Part shown: one piece after another, positions 15,186 to 24,287 of the stretch | Layout: each line of letters starts with the position of its first letter | Numbering within the stretch: the first letter of the stretch is position 1 | Assembly: GCA_965205265.1 (NCBI GenBank) | Contig: CBDBGH010000003.1 | Coordinates: 5,376,001 to 5,440,000 of the forward strand | From: Alphaproteobacteria bacterium | Lineage (GTDB): Bacteria > Pseudomonadota > Alphaproteobacteria > Bin95 | DNA length: 64,000 bases | Reading direction: 5' to 3' | Made by a program: the position numbers and the translations under genes | The notes under the pieces: model-generated | Told to the model about the DNA's origin: nothing | What the model saw: the letters and a program-made list of their open reading frames with translations, nothing else | Database searches by the model: none

Positions 15186-16460
15186 ATGAGACCTTTCCGG
15201 TTCCTTGTTCCCGTGCTGGCGGGGCTGTCGGTCCTGCTTGTTGCGGCGCCCGTCGCGCGCCCCGCCCTGGGCCAGGATGCGGCCGACATGCGCTTCCGGG
15301 CCGGGATGGAGGCGCTTGCCGCCGCCGATGCCGCGCCGGACCGGGAAGCCCGCGAGGGCAGGCTCGACGAGGCGGTCGCCGCCTTCCGGGCCATCCTGGT
15401 GGACCGCCCGGAGCTGGTGCGGGTGCGTCTCGAACTCGCCCGCGCCTTCTTCCTGAAGGAGGAGGACACGCTGGCGCGGCGGCATTTCGAGCAGGTGCTG
15501 GCGGGCGACGTGCCCCCGGCGGTCGCCGCCAACATCCGGCGCTTCCTCGACATCATGCGCGCGCGGCGGCGCTGGGAGGCGTGGTTCGGGGCGGCCATCG
15601 TCCCGGACAGCAACCTCAACGCCGCCTCGGGCGAGCGCACGGTCTTCCTCGACACCCCGTACGGCCGGCTGCCCTTCACCCTGGACGATCCCGCGAAGCC
15701 CGAATCCGGCTTCGGCGTCTCCTTCTGGGGCGGCGGCGAATACCAGCATCCGCTGACGGACCGCCTGCGCCTGCGCGCCGGGGCGGATGCCAGCGTCCGG
15801 GAATACAGGGGCGGGGAGTTCGACCGGCATTTCCTCGCCGCCCATGTCGGCCCGCGCTGGCTGATCGACGCCCGCACCGAAGCGAGCCTTCTGGCGACCG
15901 CGGACCGGCAATGGACCGCCGGCCGGCCCGAGACCGACAGCGTCGGCCTGCGCCTCGAAGGCGAGCATCTCCTGACGCCGCGCCTCGCGCTCTTCGCCCG
16001 CGCCGGCGCCGCCCGGCGCAACTGCCGCGGCTGCGACTGGCTCGACGGCCCGGTGGGCGACGTCTCGCTCGGCGCCAGCTGGGCCGCGCTGACCATCCTG
16101 CGCCTCGGCGGCAATGCCGGCTGGAGCTGGGCCCGCGCCAGGGCCGAACACTGGCGCAACAGCGGTCCGCGGGCGAGCCTCGGCGCCACGCTGGCGCTGC
16201 CGGCCGGCTTCACGCTCGGCCTGCGCGCCGCCCTGCAGCGCACCGAATACCAAGGCGGCGGCGCCGCCCACCGCACCATCGACCGCAAGTCGCGCCGGGA
16301 CGAGACGCGGACCCTCTCGGTCTCGGTCCACAACCGCGCCGTGACCGTGCTCGGCTTCAGCCCCCGCCTCTCCCTCATCCGCGAGGAGCGCAAGACCAAC
16401 GCCCAGGCCCTCGACTACCAGCGCAACCGCGCCGAACTCAGCTTCGTGCGCCAGTTCTGA
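15186..16460 (+). CDS. Surface lipoprotein assembly modifier (Slam/DUF560, type XI secretion outer-membrane protein)
   Basis: Signal peptide, TPR-like N-domain (LVRVRLELARAFF..ARRHFEQVL), PDSNLNAA motif, beta-strand-rich C-domain ending in ELSFVRQF. It lies directly downstream of TbpB-like cargo. Confidence 0.88.
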   Translation: MRPFRFLVPVLAGLSVLLVAAPVARPALGQDAADMRFRAGMEALAAADAAPDREAREGRLDEAVAAFRAILVDRPELVRVRLELARAFFLKEEDTLARRHFEQVLAGDVPPAVAANIRRFLDIMRARRRWEAWFGAAIVPDSNLNAASGERTVFLDTPYGRLPFTLDDPAKPESGFGVSFWGGGEYQHPLTDRLRLRAGADASVREYRGGEFDRHFLAAHVGPRWLIDARTEASLLATADRQWTAGRPETDSVGLRLEGEHLLTPRLALFARAGAARRNCRGCDWLDGPVGDVSLGASWAALTILRLGGNAGWSWARARAEHWRNSGPRASLGATLALPAGFTLGLRAALQRTEYQGGGAAHRTIDRKSRRDETRTLSVSVHNRAVTVLGFSPRLSLIREERKTNAQALDYQRNRAELSFVRQF

Positions 16461-16672
16461 ACGAACCCGGCCGCGGCGCGCCGAAAGGGGCCGAGCGTCC
16501 GGAAAGGGTGGACCCGACCCGCAGGACATGCCACAACGTGTCCTGGACAGGGCCCCGGGCTCGCGGGCAGGAGGACAAGGAAGCGGCAGGCGGGAAGACC
16601 GGAAACCGTTGCAAAACAAGGGTTCCCCGGCAACCTCCCGCAACGCAGACCGGAAGGCGAAAAGGCATCATT

Positions 16673-17347
16673 GATGCGTCGGGCGTGCGTGCCCGGCGCG
16701 TGCGCTTCAAGGCCGAGGGCAGCTGGTGGCGCGGCGACAGCAACGCGTTGCTGGGATTCCGCGCCGAGGACGGCCGGCCGGTGGCCCTGCTGCCGGGACT
16801 GTTCGGGCGCTACCGGGAAGTCGACCCCGTCAGCAAGCGCAGCGTCCGGATCACCGGGGAGCGCGCAGGCGCGCTGGCGGAGGAGGCCTGGATGTTCTAC
16901 CGGCCGCTGCCGTCGGGGAACGTCGCGCCGGCGGACCTGCTGCGGGTCGCGCTGCGCGGATCCGGCGCGGATCTGGCGCGGCTGGTAGTCGCCGGGCTTC
17001 CGGGCGGCCTGATCAAGCTGCTGCCGGCGATCGCGCTCGGGTTCGTGGCAAGTCATGTAGCGGCGGGCGGAAGCGCCGGAGCGCTTTATGCCGTGGCCTT
17101 GCTCCTTGCGGGGTTCGGCCTCCTCGGCGCCCTGCTGCATCTGCTTCAGAGCACCGCGATGATGCGGCTCGAGGGGCGCTCGGCATCGCGGGTCGAAGCC
17201 GCCTTCTGGGACCGCCTCATGCGCCTTCCGCCCAGCATCCTGCACCGCCACCCGGCCGGCGATCTGGCCATGTCCGGGATGACATTCCAGAATCTTCGCG
17301 ACGGCCTGCAGGGAATCGTCGCCGACAGCCTGCTGTCGATCGTTTTC
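16673..17347 (+). pseudogene. Internal fragment of an NHLP/bacteriocin-type ABC exporter permease/ATPase
   Basis: SGVRARRV...WWRGDS..LLGF..DGRPVALLP...AWMFYRPLP...AAFWDRLMRLP. It has no start, no ATPase domain, and abrupt ends. Confidence 0.75.
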
Positions 17348-17349
17348 CG

Positions 17350-17547
17350 AAGAGGATACTGTCGAAGCGTCAGCTGAAGGAGTTGGTCTTGTATTCGCCT
17401 CAGCACATCCAGCGTCTGGAGAAGGCCGGGACATTCCCCAAGCGGGTCGTACTCGGGCCTAACCGGGTCGGGTGGGTTGAGGAGGAAGTGCTGGACTGGC
17501 TCAACGAGCGGCTGGATCGTCGAGACAATCCCACCAGAGACTCCTGA
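17350..17547 (+). pseudogene. AlpA-family HTH regulator/excisionase lacking a start codon
   Basis: (K)RILSKRQLKELVLYSPQHIQRLEKAGTFPKRVVLGPNRVGWVEEEVLDWL. AAG sits where an ATG would be expected. Confidence 0.8.
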
Positions 17548-17610
17548 ACGGGAGTCGGGTGACCGGAGTGATCCGGTCACCCCTTCCCCGGAACCCCAAG
17601 GATACCATGC

Positions 17611-18096
17611 ATGGATCTGTTATTTCGCCGCGAGCAGACATCGGGACGGTTCGCCCGCGTCACCTTCCGACTCTGGAGCAAGATTGAGCTGACCGAAGAG
17701 GAGACGGAGCTTGCGGACCGCTACCGATTCCATGACGCGATCCTCATTGTCACCGAGCAGGAACAGCTGTTGCGGCAGACGGTGAACGTCGGGATAACAG
17801 CGGGGTTAGTCGTCGGCGTCCTCTTCTACCTCTGGCTCGGCCTTCTCGCTGCCGGTGTCATGGCGCTCTTCGCCGGCGCGGGAACGGGCTACCTGTACTT
17901 CACGGAGAAGCGCGAGACCATCTACGTCAAGGACCTCCTGCACGGTCGGCACTTCAGCTGCCGGAGCATCGTTGACATCGCCGAAAAGGAACTACACCTG
18001 AAATCCATCGTCACCACCTTCCGGCAGGTCATGGAAGCCGCCAAGAACTGGGACGGCACCGAACAGATACCGATTGAGCCGACCGGAGACCGGTAG
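17611..18096 (+). CDS. Hypothetical membrane protein with two TM helices
   Basis: 161 aa with a central hydrophobic hairpin. Its stop abuts the next ATG. Confidence 0.75.
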   Translation: MDLLFRREQTSGRFARVTFRLWSKIELTEEETELADRYRFHDAILIVTEQEQLLRQTVNVGITAGLVVGVLFYLWLGLLAAGVMALFAGAGTGYLYFTEKRETIYVKDLLHGRHFSCRSIVDIAEKELHLKSIVTTFRQVMEAAKNWDGTEQIPIEPTGDR

Positions 18097-20220
18097 ATGC
18101 CGCTGCATCCCGGCCCCCGACTGCATGCCCTCGTGCATGGACTCTTCCGCGCAAGCGACAAGACGAAGGTCAAACGGGTCCACCGGAATGTGGAGGGACA
18201 CCTTCGTCGGCACGGGCTCTTGGACCGTAGTAGCCGGCATGCCTTCGAGGATGAGATTACCAATGACGTGCTCATCCTGCTCGGCCTTGACCCGGAGAAT
18301 CTTCACGTCCCGCACCTTGTCCGGCTGATCCGCCGGCTCCTGGTCTACGAGGAACTCTTCGAACTCCCGGAGATCGATTGGCAGGAGCGCCGGACCATTG
18401 CCACGTGGTGGCAGCTACGCGACACGCTCAGTGAACGGCTCCCGGCATCCAGGGACGCACCGGATGCCGGCTGGCTTGTCGCCCGAGTCGTTGCCGATGC
18501 CCTTGATCCCGTCATTGCCGCGACCGCCCTCTTCGGCGATCCTGATGAGGACGCGCTGACAGTCACCACGGACCTGGTGCATACCCTCGGTGACGCCGGC
18601 GCCGTCGCGGACCGGATCATCACCGCTTTTACCGATGAGGATGCGGACCGATTTAGTCTCTTCAGCCGGCTCATTGACCGGCTGGAGCGAAACACCGTCG
18701 CTGCCTCCGGCGGTGATCCGGCGAATCCGCAGGCATTCACCCGGCCGCTGAAGCTGCCGAGTGCCTCTGGGATACGCGACAACGCCCGGCTTTTGGAGAC
18801 CTACTTTGCCGGCACGCCGCTTCTTGATTTCTTTGACCGGGAGGCGGACGTTCCCCTGCCGACCGTGACCCGGTTCGAGCACCACCACATCGTCGCCGGT
18901 TCCGGTCACGGCAAGACCCAGACCCTACAATACCTTATCGGCAACGACTTGGACGCCGTTGCCCAAGGGAAGCGATCCGTCATTGTTATCGACAGCCAGG
19001 GCGATCTGATCCGTACCGTTTCCTCCCTTGCCGCGTTTGCTCCGGGCGGATCATTGCATGACCGGCTTGTCCTGATTGACCCGACCGATGTTGAGTACCC
19101 CGTCTCGTTGAATCTGTTCGATGTCGGGATCGACCGTATCTCGTCGTACGAAGCATTAGAGAAAGAACGGCTTACCAATTCTATTCTTGAACTTTACGAC
19201 TTTGTTTTGGGCTCATTACTTGAAGCGGAGATGACGCAGAAGCAGAGCGTTATCTTTCGCTACGTCACCCGATTGATGTTGCGGATACCGGATGCAACGA
19301 TACATACCCTCCGGGAATTGCTTGAACCCGACGGGGCCGAACGGTTCAAGGAACATATATCGTCTTTGACCGGTGTCTCCCGTGCATTTTTCAACACCGA
19401 GTTCTCATCCCGTGAGTTCGAGCAGACCAAACGACAGGTCGTCCGCAGACTCTGGGGCATCCTTGAAAACCGGACGTTCGAGCGTATGTTCTCACACCCC
19501 CGGTCAAAGCTTGACCTGTTCACCGAGATGAACGCCGGCAACGTCATTCTCATCAACACAGCGAAGGACTTACTGAAAGAACAGGGATCCGAGATATTCG
19601 GTCGGTTCTTCATCGCGCTCATCGCCCAGGCGGCACAGGAACGCGCAACGATACCGGAAGAAAACCGCATGCCCACCTTCGTCTACATTGACGAAGCGGC
19701 GGACTACTTTGATGAGAACATCGCCGTCATTCTCTCGCAGGCCCGTAAGTACAATGTGGGGATGGTACTGGCACATCAATATTTATCACAACTTGACGCA
19801 AAACTCCTTGATGCCTTCGCCGCCAACACCGCAATCAAGTTCGCCGGGGGAGTCTCCGCCAAAGATGCCCGCTCCCTTTCCTCCATGCTCTCCTGCGAAC
19901 CGTCGTTCATTGAAGCACAGGGGAAAGGAAGCTTTGCGGCGCACATACGAGGCAGAACCGCACGGGCGATACCCTTGCGGTTTCCGTTCGGGTTTCTGGA
20001 AGAGAGACCCCGTATGTCGGACGAAGACCGTGTGCGTGTGCGAGCCATGATGCGGAAGCGCTATGCCGTGCATTACTCAAAGATCGAGAGGACGGAACCG
20101 ACGGACGAACCGGAGCAACCACCGACACCCGAGCCACGAGGCAGACGAAGGAGACGACGATCTCCACGGAAGCCACCTGACTCCACGAATGACGGCACGG
20201 ACGCCTCGTTCGATCTATGA
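18097..20220 (+). CDS. VirD4/TraD/HerA-like P-loop ATPase (type IV coupling-protein-like)
   Basis: RFEHHHIVAGSGHGKT (Walker A), VIVIDSQGD, FVYIDEA (Walker B), SQARKYNVGMVLAHQYLSQL. Confidence 0.85.
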   Translation: MPLHPGPRLHALVHGLFRASDKTKVKRVHRNVEGHLRRHGLLDRSSRHAFEDEITNDVLILLGLDPENLHVPHLVRLIRRLLVYEELFELPEIDWQERRTIATWWQLRDTLSERLPASRDAPDAGWLVARVVADALDPVIAATALFGDPDEDALTVTTDLVHTLGDAGAVADRIITAFTDEDADRFSLFSRLIDRLERNTVAASGGDPANPQAFTRPLKLPSASGIRDNARLLETYFAGTPLLDFFDREADVPLPTVTRFEHHHIVAGSGHGKTQTLQYLIGNDLDAVAQGKRSVIVIDSQGDLIRTVSSLAAFAPGGSLHDRLVLIDPTDVEYPVSLNLFDVGIDRISSYEALEKERLTNSILELYDFVLGSLLEAEMTQKQSVIFRYVTRLMLRIPDATIHTLRELLEPDGAERFKEHISSLTGVSRAFFNTEFSSREFEQTKRQVVRRLWGILENRTFERMFSHPRSKLDLFTEMNAGNVILINTAKDLLKEQGSEIFGRFFIALIAQAAQERATIPEENRMPTFVYIDEAADYFDENIAVILSQARKYNVGMVLAHQYLSQLDAKLLDAFAANTAIKFAGGVSAKDARSLSSMLSCEPSFIEAQGKGSFAAHIRGRTARAIPLRFPFGFLEERPRMSDEDRVRVRAMMRKRYAVHYSKIERTEPTDEPEQPPTPEPRGRRRRRRSPRKPPDSTNDGTDASFDL

Positions 20221-21179
20221 CGGCGTACGACCGGATCGGGCGGCGCAAGCGGACAACGAGAACATCGACCGGCAAGCGCATCATTCTTCAGGAACGGGAC
20301 TTGTTGTGGTTCCGGACACTCAGGGAACACGGACCGTTGCCTTCGTCGTACCTTCTCTCCTTTTGCAAACGGACGCATGCGAGCGATACACGCTCCCTTG
20401 AACGGCTGACCGATCTGTTCAATGAAGAGGACACGAAACACGGCGGCGCCTACCTCTCCCGTCCCGTCCAGCAGTTCCACACCCTGGACAGCCGGTACAA
20501 CCAATTGGTGTACGATCTGACGCCGGCGGCGCACCGGGCACTGGCGGATGCCGGCGACACCGACAGTCCGTCTGTCCGGTCGGGACCGTGGCTGCATTCC
20601 TTCATGGTTGCCTGCATCACCGCCTCGGTTGCCCTTGCGGTCGCGGAGAGACCCGACCTCTCGTTCCTGAACCAGTCAAGATTGCTTGCGCGATCCGGCG
20701 CCGAACTCCGGTATCCGGTGCGGATCGCTGATCCAGCAGGAGGTGAGAGCAAACGGAAGGACCTCATCCCGGATGCCCTGTTCGGTCTTGCCTACCGGAG
20801 CGAAGAGGGTACCCGGTACCGCTGCTTTCTGGTGGAGGCAGACCGGTCAACCGAACCGGCAGTCTCCGGGAACTTCAACCGGAAGTCCTGGGAGCGCAGC
20901 TTCCGGCAGTACGAGGCGTACATCGGCAGCGGCCTCTACCGCGAGCACCTTGCCCTGAGGGCCCCGCTGCTTCTGCTTACCGTCGTCACCGACACCCGGC
21001 GGCTGATGCAGCTGCTGCACCTTGTCGAAGACCTTGACCTCTCCATTCGACCGCAAGTGCTCCTGCAGCCCTGGGGGGCGTTCAGCACCCCCTTCTCTCC
21101 GCCCACGCCGAACCCTGCGCTGCTTGGCGCTCCCTGGCTGCGTGCCGGGTTGCCCGCGTTCAGGATTGATGGGGTGTAG
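20217..21179 (+). CDS. Replication-relaxation (Replic_Relax) family protein
   Basis: N-terminal wHTH (LQERDL..FRTLREHGPL) and PD-(D/E)xK-like LIPDALFGL...FLVEADRSTEP. ATGA overlap with the upstream ATPase. Confidence 0.8.
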   Translation: MTAYDRIGRRKRTTRTSTGKRIILQERDLLWFRTLREHGPLPSSYLLSFCKRTHASDTRSLERLTDLFNEEDTKHGGAYLSRPVQQFHTLDSRYNQLVYDLTPAAHRALADAGDTDSPSVRSGPWLHSFMVACITASVALAVAERPDLSFLNQSRLLARSGAELRYPVRIADPAGGESKRKDLIPDALFGLAYRSEEGTRYRCFLVEADRSTEPAVSGNFNRKSWERSFRQYEAYIGSGLYREHLALRAPLLLLTVVTDTRRLMQLLHLVEDLDLSIRPQVLLQPWGAFSTPFSPPTPNPALLGAPWLRAGLPAFRIDGV

Positions 21180-21362
21180 CAGCGGGGTTGCCGGCGTGCG
21201 CTGGCGCATGCAGTCTGTACGCGCGGCGGTTCCGTGTATCTGGATAGGTAAGATGGGTCGCTCCCTGCACTGTAGAGCCGGGTCGCACCCGGTCGGCCAA
21301 TGAGCGGGGCCGTCGCACGTGTTCGGGAGATACTGGTATTCTCTGATTTCAGGAACATACCC

Positions 21363-21863
21363 ATGGAAGCAATTGTTCAGCACTCAGTAGATCGTGCCAC
21401 TGACGAAGCCATACGGCTCTGGTCGATGGCCAATGCTCAGTATCCCTCCACATGGGAGCCGGATATTCGTGTCCGGCTTGCACATATGATTATTGAGCGT
21501 GCGAGCATATTCGCGCTCAACGCCCGCCGTGCCATGGAGGGTTTATCTGACAAACGGCAATTCAAACTCAATCAATCGTGGTACGACTGGAAGCCGATAG
21601 CCAAGGGCGATATTGTGGAGGATTTTGTTGAGGCTTTGAATCGTATAATCCACGCGAGGGTGTTGAAGGTTGGTTATGAGAATGTTAGCAACAGCACCAT
21701 CTTGGGCGGTGCGTTAGTAATCCCCTGCCTGCAAGCCGAGACTGACAGACAAACAGTGGCGTTCATTGACATATTCTCACTTGCTCATTGTTTTCTGTAC
21801 CACGTGCTCCCGAAACTGTTTTCTCCACAGGCACACGCGCTCACGATTCTGCCTGTTCGATAA
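21363..21863 (+). CDS. Hypothetical protein, AT-richer than flanks, possibly HEPN-like
   Basis: Open frame of 166 aa from ATG 21363 (187 aa from 21300), containing ALNRIIHA. Confidence 0.6.
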   Translation: MEAIVQHSVDRATDEAIRLWSMANAQYPSTWEPDIRVRLAHMIIERASIFALNARRAMEGLSDKRQFKLNQSWYDWKPIAKGDIVEDFVEALNRIIHARVLKVGYENVSNSTILGGALVIPCLQAETDRQTVAFIDIFSLAHCFLYHVLPKLFSPQAHALTILPVR

Positions 21864-21887
21864 TTCAACATATATCTGGAACTGTAC

Positions 21888-22475
21888 TCACGAACCGGCG
21901 TCCACCCACAAATCCCCGAGACTGAACGCTACGGCATCAAACGGCGGAAGCGACACGGACGCGTTGCCGGTCAGGGTTTCAAGCAGCACCCAGCGGTCAT
22001 CGCTCAGCTGGAAGACTTCAAGCGTCCGGGCATCGGGATCAACGAACCAGAGGTGGCCGACGCCTTCTCTGGCATAGATGGTCCGTTTCTGCCCCTGGTC
22101 GAGCGCCCGAGTTGACGGGGAGAGCACCTCGCAGACCCAATCGGGTGCCAGGGAGAAGTAAGCGGTTCCCGGGAATACCGGCATCCGTTCCCTGCGCCAG
22201 CCGGCAAGATCGGGAACGACAATGTCGTCGCCAAGGTGCAGCTCGGGTTCATCGATGATCCACCAGCCGCCCGGTCCTCCCCGGCCGTAATCGAAGGGCG
22301 GCGCGATGCTTGCCCCGAGTCCGGAGCTCGCCCGCGCATGCCTCGGTGCCGGTCTGGGGCTCGTATGCAGGATGCCTTCAACGACCTCGGCGACCTTGTG
22401 CCGTGGCGCCCGGAGCACGTCCTCGTACGTTGCCCGTCTCGGTCGTGCTTTTGTCTGTACGCGCAGTGCTGTCAC
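21888..22475 (-). CDS. Uma2 (DUF820) family endonuclease
   Basis: ATYEDVL, GPGGWWIIDEPELHL, VPDLAGWRRERMP, APDWVCEVLSPST, YAREGV.HLWFVDP. GTG start after AGGGA. Confidence 0.92.
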   Translation of the reverse strand: MTALRVQTKARPRRATYEDVLRAPRHKVAEVVEGILHTSPRPAPRHARASSGLGASIAPPFDYGRGGPGGWWIIDEPELHLGDDIVVPDLAGWRRERMPVFPGTAYFSLAPDWVCEVLSPSTRALDQGQKRTIYAREGVGHLWFVDPDARTLEVFQLSDDRWVLLETLTGNASVSLPPFDAVAFSLGDLWVDAGS

Positions 22476-22692
22476 TCCCTTGTCTCTCACGGTTAGGTAT
22501 GCCAGCCTTATCGTGCAGTCAATCGCAGGTCTCCCGCTCTGTCGGGTCGCCTGCCGAATACAAGAGCCATGACCTGACAGCGGGGTCGCTCCCCGTTGTG
22601 CGGCGAATAGGTGGGGCATCTACGTACCTGTGGATTGACTGCAACGACCCGGCACCAGCCGGCGTGTGTCCGTTGCCTATGGAGCAGATCGC

Positions 22693-23661
22693 ATGCAGTC
22701 GATCAAAACGACCCTTCCTCTCTTCCTTGTCCTGTCCCTTGCCGCCTGCGGTGGTGGGGGAGGCGGTCCGAAGGCCGCCAATGATATGCCGGACATGCCC
22801 GGCGCGCAGCAGCCAGGCACTGACGTGACCGGCGGCTCCGGTGAGCAGCCCGCGACCGCTTCCGGTCCGCGCTACACCGTCACCGGTCGGGGAGCGAACG
22901 CCAGGGTCACCGGACTGGCTTACTCAACGACTGACGGTGTTATTGACCGCATGCATGTCGCGACCATTCCTGGGTTCGCCGCATATGGCGGATTCGTCTA
23001 TCACAGCTTGCAAAGTACTCCGCGCCCCGATAACCCGGAGTGGTTCGATATCGTCATGGAAACCACTTCCGTTTCCGACGGCACCCTCTCCTGGGGCATT
23101 TGGCTCGGCCCTTCGCTTGATGGTGACCCGCTGAACCCACAGGAGACCGCGTTTCATCACGGACCGTCGTACGACGCCTCGTCGCTTGCCGGATTGACCG
23201 GCAGGGCAACCTACCGGGGTATGGCGCGCGCGCATGCTCGGTATGGCGATATTGAAGACACCGGTCACCACGACGAGTACGCATTGCTGGGCGAGGCGAC
23301 GCTCACGGCGGACTTCACTGCGGAAACCCTGTCCGGCTTCATCACTGACCGTCGGGTCAACAACGTCCTTGATGATGAACGCGGCACGTGGAACATCCGG
23401 CTCGGTGCCGTTCCTCTCATCGCCGGCAGTGCCGACTTCTCCTCGGGCGCGGATGTCGTGACCGCCACGTTCGTACCCGGTGCTGATCCGCCGTACGGCT
23501 TTACCCCGAATCTCGTCACCACCGCCACCGGCTCCTGGCAGGGCTCGTTCCGGGGAACGGAAACTGACGGATCACCGTCCGGTGTCACCGGCACGTTCAG
23601 TGCGGACGCCGGATCAGCGGGTGTTGCCATTGCCGGCTCCTTCGGGGCGAGTAAGCGCTAA
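22693..23661 (+). CDS. TbpB-like (Slam-substrate-type) surface lipoprotein
   Basis: Lipobox LAAC plus a poly-Gly linker, then TGRATYRGMA, ATLTADF, GSWQGSF, AGSFGA barrel motifs. Confidence 0.8.
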   Translation: MQSIKTTLPLFLVLSLAACGGGGGGPKAANDMPDMPGAQQPGTDVTGGSGEQPATASGPRYTVTGRGANARVTGLAYSTTDGVIDRMHVATIPGFAAYGGFVYHSLQSTPRPDNPEWFDIVMETTSVSDGTLSWGIWLGPSLDGDPLNPQETAFHHGPSYDASSLAGLTGRATYRGMARAHARYGDIEDTGHHDEYALLGEATLTADFTAETLSGFITDRRVNNVLDDERGTWNIRLGAVPLIAGSADFSSGADVVTATFVPGADPPYGFTPNLVTTATGSWQGSFRGTETDGSPSGVTGTFSADAGSAGVAIAGSFGASKR

Positions 23662-23949
23662 TGGGTACCGAAGCGAGGAGAACTCTCACCATGACCCGGT
23701 ACCGTTTTGGTACTCTTGTCCTTCTTCCGCTGCTTCTTAGTGCTTGTCTGAGCACAACGGAGGTGGGTAGCGGCGGGTCGGTCGTGCAAGGCGCGGCGGG
23801 CACCACCGCCTCGCGTGCAACCCGCACTACGTCGCAGCCGACCGGCAGCACAAGCACAGGCGAGGCGAAGCAGTTAGAGAAGTGCTCCGCTCCTATTGCC
23901 ACGGTCGCTCTGGCGGAAGATGAGGGGAACAAGCAAGCATATGCGGTTG

Positions 23950-24287
23950 TGCTTTCGCAGTTGCAGTTGCCACAGTCTCCGCTTCCGTTGATCCGACTGA
24001 TGTTCCAGCAGAGCAACTGCTTCCAGATTGTTGATCGCGGCAGAGGGCTTCAGGCAATCAGCACCGAGCAGCAACTGGCCAAGCAGGGCATGCTTCAGGC
24101 AGGGAGCAATGTGCAGGGAGGCTCGCTGGTCGCGGCTGACTACACCATCACCCCAAATGTCGTCTTCTCGGACCAGAATGCGGGGGGTATGGGGATGGCG
24201 GCGGGAATGCTCGGCGCCATTATCCCCGGTGCCGGGCTCCTGGGCGGCATCAATGTCAAAAGCAAGGAAGCCCAGGTGGTGCTGTTT
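23950..24287 (+). repeat. 338-bp direct repeat, copy 1 (IS1634 target duplication)
   Basis: Matches 26204-26541, from TGCTTTCGCAG to GTGCTGTTT. Confidence 0.95.

Noticed and set aside
15581-17377. 598-aa ORF overlapping Slam
   Set aside because: The N-terminal part is an off-frame GC-rich shadow. Only 16673-17347 has protein-like content.
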